A DNA stretch of 64,000 nucleotides from Sedimentisphaerales bacterium (GCA_963666285.1 OY762711.1), one strand, 5' to 3'; positions 19,666-29,189 are shown, counted from the stretch's first letter. Notes: generated from the sequence alone by a model not told the origin. A program made the numbers and translations.

Positions 19666-19735
19666 ATACACCTCGTGTATTTAAACATTTAATCGCTTGA
19701 TAAAATAACAATATTGAAACCCTATATATCACGCT
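19665..19735 (-). promoter_or_regulatory. Late-gene upstream element, copy 3
   Basis: TATACACCTCGTGTATTT...TCGCT...ATATCACGCT. Confidence 0.55.
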
Positions 19736-19748
19736 CAACAGGCTAATA

Positions 19749-22700
19749 TCAATTGCCAAGACCATATATTACCACTCCATGCAGTTTATGCTTTTTACTT
19801 GGCTCAAGCCTGGCTATTTCCCTGTAACCTGTGCCGACAAGGTATTTACTAATAAAATCCTGTTCCTGCTTTCTGAATATATCGTGACAGGCAATGTATT
19901 TACTCTTTGAATTAACGGCAGTAATAAATGATTCTTCCCTTGCTTCCGGCGGGTCTGGCCCATCGATAATAACAAAGTCATGTGCAGACATACTAAAAGC
20001 CTTACCATCATATAATTCAATACAATCCCGGTCTAATAGCAGCCTGATTTTATCATGCCAATACTGACTTGTTTCATAGCTGGTAATATCAAAGCCAAGT
20101 GAAGCAAAGGAAAGAGTAGAAGCACCACAGCCAAATTCTACTATTTTGCTGATACTATGTTCCTTCAGGAAATCAACAACAAAATTAAATTCCTTTGTCC
20201 GCATTGCTCCTTTATCATCCAAATGCACATAAAAGGCATTTTTACCATGCAGCCGCTTTTCTTCTGCCTTGTACAGAAACGCCGTAAATTCGCTGTTATA
20301 GTCTTTATCAAAATGCGGCTGCCAAATACCATTATCAACCAAATTCGCCCGCTGTTCGACATTCTCGTAAGCATAATCCGCTAACTGCTTGTTCTTACCC
20401 GTCATTGACAAATGGAAACCATCACCGCCGCCACGCCAGACATAGCCCGGCAAAAATGGATAACTGATACGCTGTTCATGCCATGAGCTTAAACGAACCC
20501 GGCCATCGTAACAGTTATCAGGAAGGCCCTTAACCGGCTTATTAAACTTAGCCGCCAGCATATCGCGGCTCACAGTCTCAAATACCGCACAAGTCCAGCC
20601 GGAACCGTTCTTGATAAAGGCATAGTCATTATTACACATTACAACCTTGCGTTCATGTGAAGACTGCAAAGGCCGTTTATTGGTTTTCTTATGATAACCT
20701 TGCTTATTCCAGTAATTGACCTGCATTAAGGTTAATATGTGATTTTCCAGCATAATATCGTCATCATCACAAATCATCCAATACGGCGTATTAACCAGGC
20801 TGATAGCGCGTTCGTGCTTTTTAGCAAGAGTATCAAAGTTATGACCGGGCATTTCCACAACCTCTATATTGCTGTACCGCTGCTGAAATACTATCGGGTC
20901 TTTATGGGTATTAAGAAGTAATAATCTTGCCTTTGGATAGCTCTGGCGTAAAAACGATTCTATCATTTCTTCGGTACGGTGTTTATGTGCGCCATACGTG
21001 CAGCAAACTACAGTAACTTCAGGATATTCACCTAAAGTATAATCAAGTGTGACAGGCTGCGGGCTGGCCTCGGCTCTGGCCCTTGTAATCCGATCCAGTT
21101 TGTTTTCATGGGCGTTTTTGCCGGACTTGCTTTCATGTATTACATGGTTGCGACACCATGTATAAGTAACCGGCAAATCAAGTTCCAGCGGCGCTAAAGC
21201 TTCCATAATGCGTTTATCGAAGCCCTGCAAATCTGAACCGATATCAACTTTACGCATATCGTCGGTACGATAGACACCATTCCACCACATAAGCTTTTTA
21301 AGCTGCTTTACCGGCCCGGTCATATTTCCAGGCTTGATATTACTGCAATCCATTTCCTCAAAGTTCAGATTGATAACATTCTTGAACTTATTGGCCTTTA
21401 AAGCTTGTGCCATCTGTTGAACATGGTTAATACTTACCCGGTCATCATCGTCAAGAATAGATACATGCGAAGTCGTAACATGCTTTAAGGCTTGCTTAAA
21501 CTCGGTTATATGGTCAGACGGTGCAATATTGACAACCTCAATACAAGGATGATAGCCGTTAATCCATAGCGGTTTAGGATTGCTGTTAACAATAAGAAGC
21601 TTTTTATTCTCATAGTTATTATTCAAAAAGGAATTAACCGCTATTTCTAGCGAAGTTCTATCCCTTTGGAATGTATTCATAATGTAGGTAATAGCGGGAT
21701 TGTTAAAGTTATCTATCATATCATTATAATCTTTCTGCCAACCTGGTTTAATTGACTCTAATATGTTGTCCCTGACCTTTTCTATCGAGTTTTTATAATA
21801 GCCCGGCTTACTGTGCTCATTCCTGATATGAAAACCCACGCCGAGCCGGTGCAATACGGTCGGTTTTTCATTGTGGTATTTAGTCCAGTTCCATTCACTG
21901 TTTTTAATGAAATGTAAGTCGCTGCCGGTGTCTTTCTGTTTACTGGCTAGAAAGTCATTGAATACCTCATCAATAAAGTCATTATCAACCTTTTCATACA
22001 GACAACACCACCAGCCACGCTCCCGGCATTTAGGCCAGTTATTTTTAACCTGCTCCCAGGCAATATCATTTATCACATAGCCGGGACTTTCCAGACCTTC
22101 ACTTTTAGCCCTGTAATATAGCTTGACAAGGCTGCTTATATGGTCAGAACTAAATACATCATCTGAATCCATAATGCACCATAGCGGCGTTTTAACCTGC
22201 TTTAAGGCATAGGCTATCTGCTGCGGGAAACGGTTAAACGGCTCATGGTTGATTACTGTGATATTATCATAATCCTTGTCAAGTTTGTATGTGGGATTGG
22301 TTGCCACGATAACAAGCTGCTTGTTTTCGTAATCCTGCCGTAAAAAGCTTTCTATAGCCTCTGCGTCTAAATGTGGGTAAAGACCGTTTGTATTCATTAT
22401 CGCCGTTACAGCTGGCTTGTCGCCGCTTACAACAGAAACAGGCGGCAACGAGACAATTAAAGGCCGTTTATGCTCATGCTTTACCTTTTTAGGCAATAGA
22501 TACCCAAGCTCGGTTTCAAAAAAGTCAAATCCCCGGCACTGGTTCTCACCTGTACCATCAAACCACTTGAATAAATCCTGCCTGCCCTTTGATACTCCCG
22601 GTGTCTTATAGCCTGTACTGCCGTTTTTCCACATGTGAGCGAATGGAGCCTCACCGCACAATATAACCTTACCGCCTATACTCTCGCCGTATGGATCGGA

Positions 22701-23324
22701 CAGCCAGACCTTAGAAGCCCATTCAACCCCGAAATTACCCCACCGGGCAGGCTGTTTTTTACAACAGCCATTAAAAGCATCATAAAACTGCTTTTCCAGA
22801 AACCAGCCCATGCCGTTACCGGTAATGGTATATTCATTACGGCCCTGGGTTTTAATGCCGCTCCACTGGTCCTTATAGCGAACATCGATATACTTATGCC
22901 CTTGCCGACGGCCTTTACACTTATAATCAGGTAATATCAGGTTATCCAAATCAGGAATAACCATAGTACGCTTATCGATACATAGCTGCTTATATATAGT
23001 ATCCCAACCGAAAACATCAGTTTTACAGTGTGAATCTATATGAAAAACATACTTGCCTTTAGCATAAGAAACAGCCTTGTCAGTTGCGGGCCTTCTGCCG
23101 ACATTATCTTTCAGGGTGATAATAGTAGTCTTTGCACCTGCTATATCAATCGGCTCATCATTTGGCCCATCAAGTAAAACAATAAACTCTATCGGGCCTT
23201 CTGACATACGCTGCATATTATTTAAGGTCTTACCAAGCAACTTTTCATTGCGTGCAACCATAATAACACTGACAAGCTCATCAAGTACCTCATCCTTATT
23301 CTTTTTTATAATTTCCGGTAACAT
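19749..23324 (-). CDS. Multidomain glycosyltransferase: ppGalNAc-T(GT27)-like domain, three GT2-like domains and a class I SAM methyltransferase
   Basis: Domain 1 has IDSHC (D97), WG (W195), AHMWK (H230). Domains 2-4 have DSDD (386), DDDD (625), DDDD (853). MTase motifs VEFGCGAST, IIDGP, ACHD. Confidence 0.85.
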   Translation of the reverse strand: MLPEIIKKNKDEVLDELVSVIMVARNEKLLGKTLNNMQRMSEGPIEFIVLLDGPNDEPIDIAGAKTTIITLKDNVGRRPATDKAVSYAKGKYVFHIDSHCKTDVFGWDTIYKQLCIDKRTMVIPDLDNLILPDYKCKGRRQGHKYIDVRYKDQWSGIKTQGRNEYTITGNGMGWFLEKQFYDAFNGCCKKQPARWGNFGVEWASKVWLSDPYGESIGGKVILCGEAPFAHMWKNGSTGYKTPGVSKGRQDLFKWFDGTGENQCRGFDFFETELGYLLPKKVKHEHKRPLIVSLPPVSVVSGDKPAVTAIMNTNGLYPHLDAEAIESFLRQDYENKQLVIVATNPTYKLDKDYDNITVINHEPFNRFPQQIAYALKQVKTPLWCIMDSDDVFSSDHISSLVKLYYRAKSEGLESPGYVINDIAWEQVKNNWPKCRERGWWCCLYEKVDNDFIDEVFNDFLASKQKDTGSDLHFIKNSEWNWTKYHNEKPTVLHRLGVGFHIRNEHSKPGYYKNSIEKVRDNILESIKPGWQKDYNDMIDNFNNPAITYIMNTFQRDRTSLEIAVNSFLNNNYENKKLLIVNSNPKPLWINGYHPCIEVVNIAPSDHITEFKQALKHVTTSHVSILDDDDRVSINHVQQMAQALKANKFKNVINLNFEEMDCSNIKPGNMTGPVKQLKKLMWWNGVYRTDDMRKVDIGSDLQGFDKRIMEALAPLELDLPVTYTWCRNHVIHESKSGKNAHENKLDRITRARAEASPQPVTLDYTLGEYPEVTVVCCTYGAHKHRTEEMIESFLRQSYPKARLLLLNTHKDPIVFQQRYSNIEVVEMPGHNFDTLAKKHERAISLVNTPYWMICDDDDIMLENHILTLMQVNYWNKQGYHKKTNKRPLQSSHERKVVMCNNDYAFIKNGSGWTCAVFETVSRDMLAAKFNKPVKGLPDNCYDGRVRLSSWHEQRISYPFLPGYVWRGGGDGFHLSMTGKNKQLADYAYENVEQRANLVDNGIWQPHFDKDYNSEFTAFLYKAEEKRLHGKNAFYVHLDDKGAMRTKEFNFVVDFLKEHSISKIVEFGCGASTLSFASLGFDITSYETSQYWHDKIRLLLDRDCIELYDGKAFSMSAHDFVIIDGPDPPEAREESFITAVNSKSKYIACHDIFRKQEQDFISKYLVGTGYREIARLEPSKKHKLHGVVIYGLGN

Positions 23325-24934
23325 TAGAATGTAAAAGGGTCTCTTTCCTCATAAACAGATTCTTGGGTTTCGTGGTTCTCGGTAATTAACCGGCCTAAAG
23401 CCATTAGCCCGGCAACAATAATATCGATACGCTTAAAGTTCTTAGGCTTGACAGGCTTGATATTCTCGTTTTCATCCTGCTTGACCGTTACATTAGAAAC
23501 GCACCAGTTTAATACAGGATGGTCATCATGGGCGATCTTACCAGCCAGTAATAAAGCCTCTAACGCTTTACATGGCGGGGATATATTCTTTATACCCTGA
23601 CCATAAGGCGTACATTCGATACCTTTATCCTGTAAGTTTAATATCATCTGAGTAGCGTTATATGGGTCATAAGCGATTTCAGAAAAGTTATATACCTGGT
23701 GCATTTTCAATATATGATTCTGGATTACGCTATAATCAACAACATTACCATCTGTAAGAGTGATTTTACCTTGCCGCGCCCAGGTCAGATAAGGAACGCC
23801 GTCTTGATGTTCCCGTCTGGTTGCGTTCTCTTTAGGGATAAAAGGCCAGCTATGCCAGTGCAGATTACCAAGCGAATCGAAACCTAAAGCAGTAAAGGCC
23901 GTTAAATCCGTTGTAGTTGATAAGTCAAGCCCGCCAACCCAAATAATACCGTTATCACTTCTAAGTTCGATATTGCAATCCTGCCACGCCTTAACACTTA
24001 ACCAGCGGCATTCCTGCTCTGTCCACTGGTTCAAGTGTAAACGCCTGAAGGTGTTTTCCTTTGCCGGGATTGCCTTTGCTTTCTGACACTGCTTTTCCAG
24101 ATAGTCACGATTAACCGATATACCTAAATTCGGGTTGCAATATTCCCATACCGCCGGGTCATCCCATCTATCATAATCAGCCTGCTTGATTTCATAGATA
24201 ACAGGCAAAAAGGAACTGTCCTTTATTGCACCGTCACGCACCTTACAGGCATAATCATATTTTTCATAACAGATTGTTTCCTTGTCATATCCGGCAGTAG
24301 TAATATGAATTACTAAAGGCTGCCGACGTGAAGCGGTGGAAGTTTCCAGCGTATCAATTAAATCCCTTGTTTTATGTACATGCAGTTCATCATTGATAAT
24401 CAAATGGGCGTTCTGACCATGCTTGGTATTGGCATCAGCAGAAAGAGCATTATAAATACAGTCACCGCCGTAAAACTCGGCACTCTTATAGGTCTTGTAT
24501 ATCTTGGCCCGCTTGTCAAGCTCTGGATTACGCTGGATCATACCCGCTACATGACGGAAGATTAAAGCGGCCTGGTTCTTTTCCCCGGCACTGGAATAAA
24601 TCTGACCGCCCGGCTCATCCTCATTATAGGCCACATGGTTAATGACACCTGCCATTAGCGGGGTTTTACCGTTCTTACGTGGTATCATTAAAAACGCTTC
24701 GGTATAGCGTCTTGTACCATCAGGACACAGCCAGCCGAACAGATTAGCGATAATAGCCTTTTGCCAATCTTCCAGGACAAAGGCAGGATAGCCCGATACA
24801 CCCTCAATTAAACACAACTCTTCAGCAAAGAAATCGATAGCAAGTTGCGCAATATCAGCGTCAAAGATACAGTCCTCGGCTGTTGCAACCGAATCATAAT
24901 CCGGTATAAGTTGTAAATAATCGGGGTAATCCAT
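23324..24934 (-). CDS. terL: Terminase large subunit
   Basis: IPRKNGKT (Walker A), INDELH (Walker B), ITTAG, GLDLS, YDPY, KRID. Confidence 0.97.
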   Translation of the reverse strand: MDYPDYLQLIPDYDSVATAEDCIFDADIAQLAIDFFAEELCLIEGVSGYPAFVLEDWQKAIIANLFGWLCPDGTRRYTEAFLMIPRKNGKTPLMAGVINHVAYNEDEPGGQIYSSAGEKNQAALIFRHVAGMIQRNPELDKRAKIYKTYKSAEFYGGDCIYNALSADANTKHGQNAHLIINDELHVHKTRDLIDTLETSTASRRQPLVIHITTAGYDKETICYEKYDYACKVRDGAIKDSSFLPVIYEIKQADYDRWDDPAVWEYCNPNLGISVNRDYLEKQCQKAKAIPAKENTFRRLHLNQWTEQECRWLSVKAWQDCNIELRSDNGIIWVGGLDLSTTTDLTAFTALGFDSLGNLHWHSWPFIPKENATRREHQDGVPYLTWARQGKITLTDGNVVDYSVIQNHILKMHQVYNFSEIAYDPYNATQMILNLQDKGIECTPYGQGIKNISPPCKALEALLLAGKIAHDDHPVLNWCVSNVTVKQDENENIKPVKPKNFKRIDIIVAGLMALGRLITENHETQESVYEERDPFTF

Positions 24935-25353
24935 TACGCACGATCTCTAAAGAATTTCTTTTTCTCTACTTCCTTTTTAGGCATTTCAATTGACATATTA
25001 GCCCTTGCCGATGGACTGAACCCGAACTGAGAACCAAGCCTGTCTATCAACTGCGCCGCCTTTGCCATCTTGTCAAGCTGCTTAGGGTCTTTATCGTTCT
25101 TGAATACGTCCCTGAACTTAATGTATGTAGCGCAGTATATAGCCAGTTTATCAGCGTCAGCCTCACCCGCTATATTCATGTTTACAAGTCTCTGTACACA
25201 TCTATCCCAATGGGCCAGAGCGTCACCGTCTAACCAGTCCGGCGGCTCTGGCAGGCCGATTGTCCCAGGCTCATTATGCCTTGTCTTGGCCCGCCAGCTT
25301 CGCCGTTTCTCTAATATTGCCGTTGGTGTTTTTTGTGGCCCTCTTTTACCCAT
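24934..25353 (-). CDS. terS: Terminase small subunit (P27 family-like)
   Basis: GPQKTPT, PEPPDWL, FGFSPSARA. Confidence 0.9.
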   Translation of the reverse strand: MGKRGPQKTPTAILEKRRSWRAKTRHNEPGTIGLPEPPDWLDGDALAHWDRCVQRLVNMNIAGEADADKLAIYCATYIKFRDVFKNDKDPKQLDKMAKAAQLIDRLGSQFGFSPSARANMSIEMPKKEVEKKKFFRDRA

Positions 25354-25431
25354 TTTTACATAACCCGTGAAAAAAATATCGTCTGGGGGCGTTTGGTCTT
25401 GCTACTTTTACCCTGTAGAGATTTTTACCGC
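25354..25431 (-). other. Candidate cos packaging region
   Basis: HNH-terS gap reading GGGGGTAGGCGGTAAAAATCTC...AGACCAAACGCCCCCAGAC, the usual cos position in HK97/P27-like phages. Confidence 0.55.
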
Positions 25432-25728
25432 CTACCCCCGGTTTTCTATCCGCTTCTTTGTACTGTTGTGACACTGTAAACATAAGGCTTGCCAGTTGTC
25501 ACTATCCCAAAATAACGCCATATCGCCTTTGTGCGGCTTTATATGATCAACTACATTGGCCGCCGTTATCTTACCTTTTTCTTTACAGAATACACATAAG
25601 GGGTTTTGCTTTAAGAATAAAAGCCTTGCTTTCCTCCACCTTCTATCATATCCCCGCTTTGCCGCTGACGGTCTTTTATCTTTCGGGCGTTTCCTCTTCC
25701 TGCTGTGTGATACTGGTGCTACTGGCAT
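25432..25728 (-). CDS. HNH endonuclease (packaging cofactor, HK97 gp74-like)
   Basis: RGYDRRW...PLCVFC...VVDHIKPHKGD..LFWD..NWQALCLQCHNSTK. Confidence 0.95.
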   Translation of the reverse strand: MPVAPVSHSRKRKRPKDKRPSAAKRGYDRRWRKARLLFLKQNPLCVFCKEKGKITAANVVDHIKPHKGDMALFWDSDNWQALCLQCHNSTKKRIENRG

Positions 25729-26246
25729 TAGTCATTCAGATAGCTATAGAATAATACTAAGCTTCCGGCTCCTGCTGTTCTTTCCGCATATACATAATGT
25801 AAGCCAACTAAGTCCAGGTGAATACAGCCAAGCCTGTTATGGGCCGAGTCTGCACCCTCTATAATCAGCGGTGTATCCGGTAATGACCAGTTATCATTAG
25901 CAATAGTACAGGTATCTATTAACATGCCTGTTACCTTATCACCTGTAACCGGGTCTGCTGTAATAGCAGAAGTACCGACCGTTAATGTTACTGTTGCTAT
26001 ATATTCCGCTAAGGTAGAGCCGTTACGAAATCCCCACAGCTTAACAGTAAAGGTACTATTAGCCGATACACCTGTAGCATAGCCGCAAAGCTTTATTACC
26101 GATTCCAGGTTACTACCGAAAGAACATGTACCGTCCGGCCTCTTATCTAATAGCAAAGCGGTATCTGCTATCGTCTCACTGTCAATAGCACTGGTTGACC
26201 TTAACTTCTGCCATATTGATTTAACATCGCCATTCAGACTATTCAT
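25728..26246 (-). CDS. Hypothetical beta-rich phage protein
   Basis: 172-aa ORF overlapping both neighbours. Confidence 0.65.
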   Translation of the reverse strand: MNSLNGDVKSIWQKLRSTSAIDSETIADTALLLDKRPDGTCSFGSNLESVIKLCGYATGVSANSTFTVKLWGFRNGSTLAEYIATVTLTVGTSAITADPVTGDKVTGMLIDTCTIANDNWSLPDTPLIIEGADSAHNRLGCIHLDLVGLHYVYAERTAGAGSLVLFYSYLND

Positions 26247-27132
26247 AATAGCGTTTTTCCTTTCTCATCATCCTTGAATTGAATCTGTTACGAAATGATT
26301 TAACTTTGTTCTTCTGGAATGCTCTTAACTTTGGCATACCGGAAAGTACATCCATATACCAGGTATTCACAAAGTCAAAGTTATTAAAGTTGTCCTTATT
26401 GGTAAACTCTTCTGTTGTTAAGCCTGTAGCCACCTGGCTACTACCTAAAACAGCTAAATCAGAATTGTAATAATTATCAGAAGTATAGCCATCTGCTCCA
26501 GGTTCGTAATATTCCATAAACGGATCAAACTGAGAATCACTATAAATTTGTGCATTTAAGATACAACGCCTTACGGTAAATTGGCTAGAACCTATTAAGC
26601 CAGGCTTACCGTTCTCTGTTGCCATTGTACTATAACAGTCCTGAACAATAGACAACTCAGCAAAGCCAACTAAACACGCAACTTCGTATCCGAAAGGTGT
26701 TTCACTGTACCCATCAACAAAACAGCGGGCAATTGTTATTTCACCATAATCATCAGCAGCTATAAAACCTATCAAACATCCTGCATCATTACTTAAATCA
26801 GTGCAGTAAGCATCAGTAAAACCTATTTCCTTTACTAAAGCTCTTCCTGTAAGCTCTTTTATAAAACCGTTTGCCGAACCATTAACCTTAAAGTTATGAA
26901 TAACATAGCCATTACCAAAAAAGTCATGCTGATAGCTTGAAAACCCTGTCCAGCTTGATTCTGCATAGCTTCGACTGTAAGGATCATTAAAAAGAATATC
27001 AGATTGCAGTTCTGCACCGTATGCCTGAAGGCCAGTTAACGGATTACTCAGGCTATCATAGTAATCTCTATAAGCCTGGAGAGTAGCAAAGTTAGCTATC
27101 TGTATGTAACCATCTCTTGTGTTAAATGCCAT
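26239..27132 (-). CDS. GLUG-repeat-like beta-solenoid protein
   Basis: FFGNGYVIHNF, AGCLIGF, ACLVGF, PGLIGS, GLTTEEF...FDFVNTW...MPKL. Confidence 0.6.
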   Translation of the reverse strand: MAFNTRDGYIQIANFATLQAYRDYYDSLSNPLTGLQAYGAELQSDILFNDPYSRSYAESSWTGFSSYQHDFFGNGYVIHNFKVNGSANGFIKELTGRALVKEIGFTDAYCTDLSNDAGCLIGFIAADDYGEITIARCFVDGYSETPFGYEVACLVGFAELSIVQDCYSTMATENGKPGLIGSSQFTVRRCILNAQIYSDSQFDPFMEYYEPGADGYTSDNYYNSDLAVLGSSQVATGLTTEEFTNKDNFNNFDFVNTWYMDVLSGMPKLRAFQKNKVKSFRNRFNSRMMRKEKRYYE

Positions 27133-27433
27133 ACTGTACTATCCCTTCAGAAAATACCTGCATTAGAAATTCATCTCTAGCTAGTAGCCGCTCTTTAATC
27201 TCACCAGGCCGATAAACTCTCAAATCAACAGAAAAGGCAGGTTGTAAATCATATAACATTTGTTTCGCTAATACTATACTTGGCATATATGTTTCTATTT
27301 CTACCAGTAAGTCAATATCTGACTCATCTGTTGCCTTACCTGTAGCATAAGAACCAAACAATAATATTTTAACAGGATGGTATTTTGCTACTATGCTATC
27401 GATCAAGCTTTGAATATCACTTTCAGCTATCAT
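27122..27433 (-). CDS. Minimal nucleotidyltransferase (MNT-like)
   Basis: KILLFGSYATGKATDESDIDLLV. Confidence 0.9.
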   Translation of the reverse strand: MIAESDIQSLIDSIVAKYHPVKILLFGSYATGKATDESDIDLLVEIETYMPSIVLAKQMLYDLQPAFSVDLRVYRPGEIKERLLARDEFLMQVFSEGIVQYGI

Positions 27434-27671
27434 CTTCTATACTCGCTATTATCCCTTGCAGATAGGAAACTTTACTGTCAATATATGTCTGTCTGTTATT
27501 ATTGATTGCTTCAATCTGTAAAGCACAATTAGCCTTTACCGTAGGCCAGACACTAATATTATCAACGTGTAACTGTAACTTACTTACTATCTCATTCAGC
27601 ATGTCATCGGCTGTAACCGGGTCTTGCCATTGCGTAAGTTCAGCTTGTAATTTCTCTTTTTTATCGCTCAT
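27423..27671 (-). CDS. Hypothetical helical protein
   Basis: RBS AGGAG; overlaps the MNT start. Confidence 0.6.
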   Translation of the reverse strand: MSDKKEKLQAELTQWQDPVTADDMLNEIVSKLQLHVDNISVWPTVKANCALQIEAINNNRQTYIDSKVSYLQGIIASIEDDS

Positions 27672-27746
27672 AAAAATACTCCTGTATGCGAATTTGATAT
27701 ATAATAATCATAACACACATACAGAAGTTTAATACGGAAAAGGCTT

Positions 27747-28106
27747 TCATTTGTGGTAGGATTTGTAGTATATATCCGCTATTGTAGTTAGTGAAACATA
27801 GCCGGTTTTACCCACCCTTATTAAACCGATCACCCGCTGACGCTGGATTGCGTAAGCTTCCCTTAAATACTGTAGCTGCTCGGCTGTTATTGATATGCCA
27901 TTGTCTTTATCAACTGTAGCGTCAAGTGTCTTTACCACTCTTGCCAGTAAAGTATTAAAATGTTTTTTCGGCATTCCATCCCACAAACTCATCATTTCAA
28001 CATATAGCTCATCTTTTGATATTGGCGATGTGCCTATCATCTCTGCCATAAATGCCGTCTGTGAAATAGGCAACTGATATACAGGGTGTAATTTTCTTTC
28101 TATCAT
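27747..28106 (-). CDS. Hypothetical protein
   Basis: 119-aa ORF whose start overlaps the upstream stop. Confidence 0.55.
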   Translation of the reverse strand: MIERKLHPVYQLPISQTAFMAEMIGTSPISKDELYVEMMSLWDGMPKKHFNTLLARVVKTLDATVDKDNGISITAEQLQYLREAYAIQRQRVIGLIRVGKTGYVSLTTIADIYYKSYHK

Positions 28107-28447
28107 ATTAACTCCGTTTCTACATTTAGATAACTAATAGGCTTATTAAATTCTTTGGCAAGCCTGATTTCAGCCTGCACGCCTTTTGATTGTTGCCAGC
28201 CGGGAATTTGTAACACTTTCAATTCATCACATTTGCTTATCATCAAAGTGTCGTAACTTTCCCAAAAATCCCAATCACCAGGTAAACCATAGCGGGAAAT
28301 CGGGTGAGTGTGTGCTATAGGGCTATACACAAACAATCCCTGTTTCATTAACTCCGCTGCATATTTACAAACCAGTTCAAAACGCTTTTCTTTAATAGCT
28401 TCCGATTCATGCGAATACGGAGAGGCCAAATATATTAGTCTTTTCAT
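28103..28447 (-). CDS. DUF1937 family protein (nucleoside deoxyribosyltransferase-like fold)
   Basis: LIYLASPYSH, VYSPIAHTHP, WQQSKGVQAEI. Confidence 0.85.
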   Translation of the reverse strand: MKRLIYLASPYSHESEAIKEKRFELVCKYAAELMKQGLFVYSPIAHTHPISRYGLPGDWDFWESYDTLMISKCDELKVLQIPGWQQSKGVQAEIRLAKEFNKPISYLNVETELI

Positions 28448-28456
28448 CTTTACTCC

Positions 28457-29122
28457 TTAAAATAGCTGCCCTTGTTTTGTATGATTGCTCAATCGTTCAC
28501 AAGCAGCATGAAAATAATCTGTGTCAAGTTCACACGCTACTAAGTCAAAACCTAAATCCCAACATGCTATAGCAATCGAACCACTGCCGAGATGGGTATC
28601 TAAAATCAATTGACCATCTTTTGCGTATTTCTCCAGAAGCCATTTATATAAATCAACTGGCTTTTGTGTGGGATGAAACTTGCACTTATTTCTATTGTTT
28701 TTATGAATACTGTATCTAAACACCTTTGCAGGCATCTTTAGCCCTAAACTTACCCAGGCATACTCAGCAGAAGAAAAATTATCGACCGTCTGTTCTTTAT
28801 CCCAAACACAGAAGTATTCTGTTATTGGTAACTCGAAATTATTTGCACCCCATATAATTTGATTTGCACTGGCATTAAAAAGCTTTTGAAAGTAGCTTTC
28901 ATCAGGTTTATTATTATTCCATTGCAGCTTATTACCTATAGACTTAAACCTTGTGTCTTTTTCGCTACGTGGCTTTGTAAAACATTGCAGATTATAAGGT
29001 GGGTCAACAATGGCAAGGTCGAATTGTTTATCCTGACATCCCTGCAAAAAAGCCATACAATCCATATTGTATATAGTGATATTGGCTCTGCCTGAAATTT
29101 CAAACTTATCTAAATAATCCAT
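28457..29122 (-). CDS. N6-adenine/N4-cytosine DNA methyltransferase, beta class (probable start ATG 29122)
   Basis: DLAIVDPPY, HPTQKP, ILDTHLGSGS. Confidence 0.92.
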   Translation of the reverse strand: MDYLDKFEISGRANITIYNMDCMAFLQGCQDKQFDLAIVDPPYNLQCFTKPRSEKDTRFKSIGNKLQWNNNKPDESYFQKLFNASANQIIWGANNFELPITEYFCVWDKEQTVDNFSSAEYAWVSLGLKMPAKVFRYSIHKNNRNKCKFHPTQKPVDLYKWLLEKYAKDGQLILDTHLGSGSIAIACWDLGFDLVACELDTDYFHAACERLSNHTKQGQLF

Positions 29123-29189
29123 TCTCGCAATCCTTTGCAAATGTCCTGCCCGCCGAAACGGGCAGAACAATATTAAACATTCTCTTTCC

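Noticed and set aside
19749..23324. GT protein as a DNA hypermodification or O-antigen conversion enzyme
   Set aside because: Not excluded but less favoured: it lies in the late structural operon, has no TM segments or gtrA/gtrB-like partners, and no base-hydroxymethylase gene is visible.
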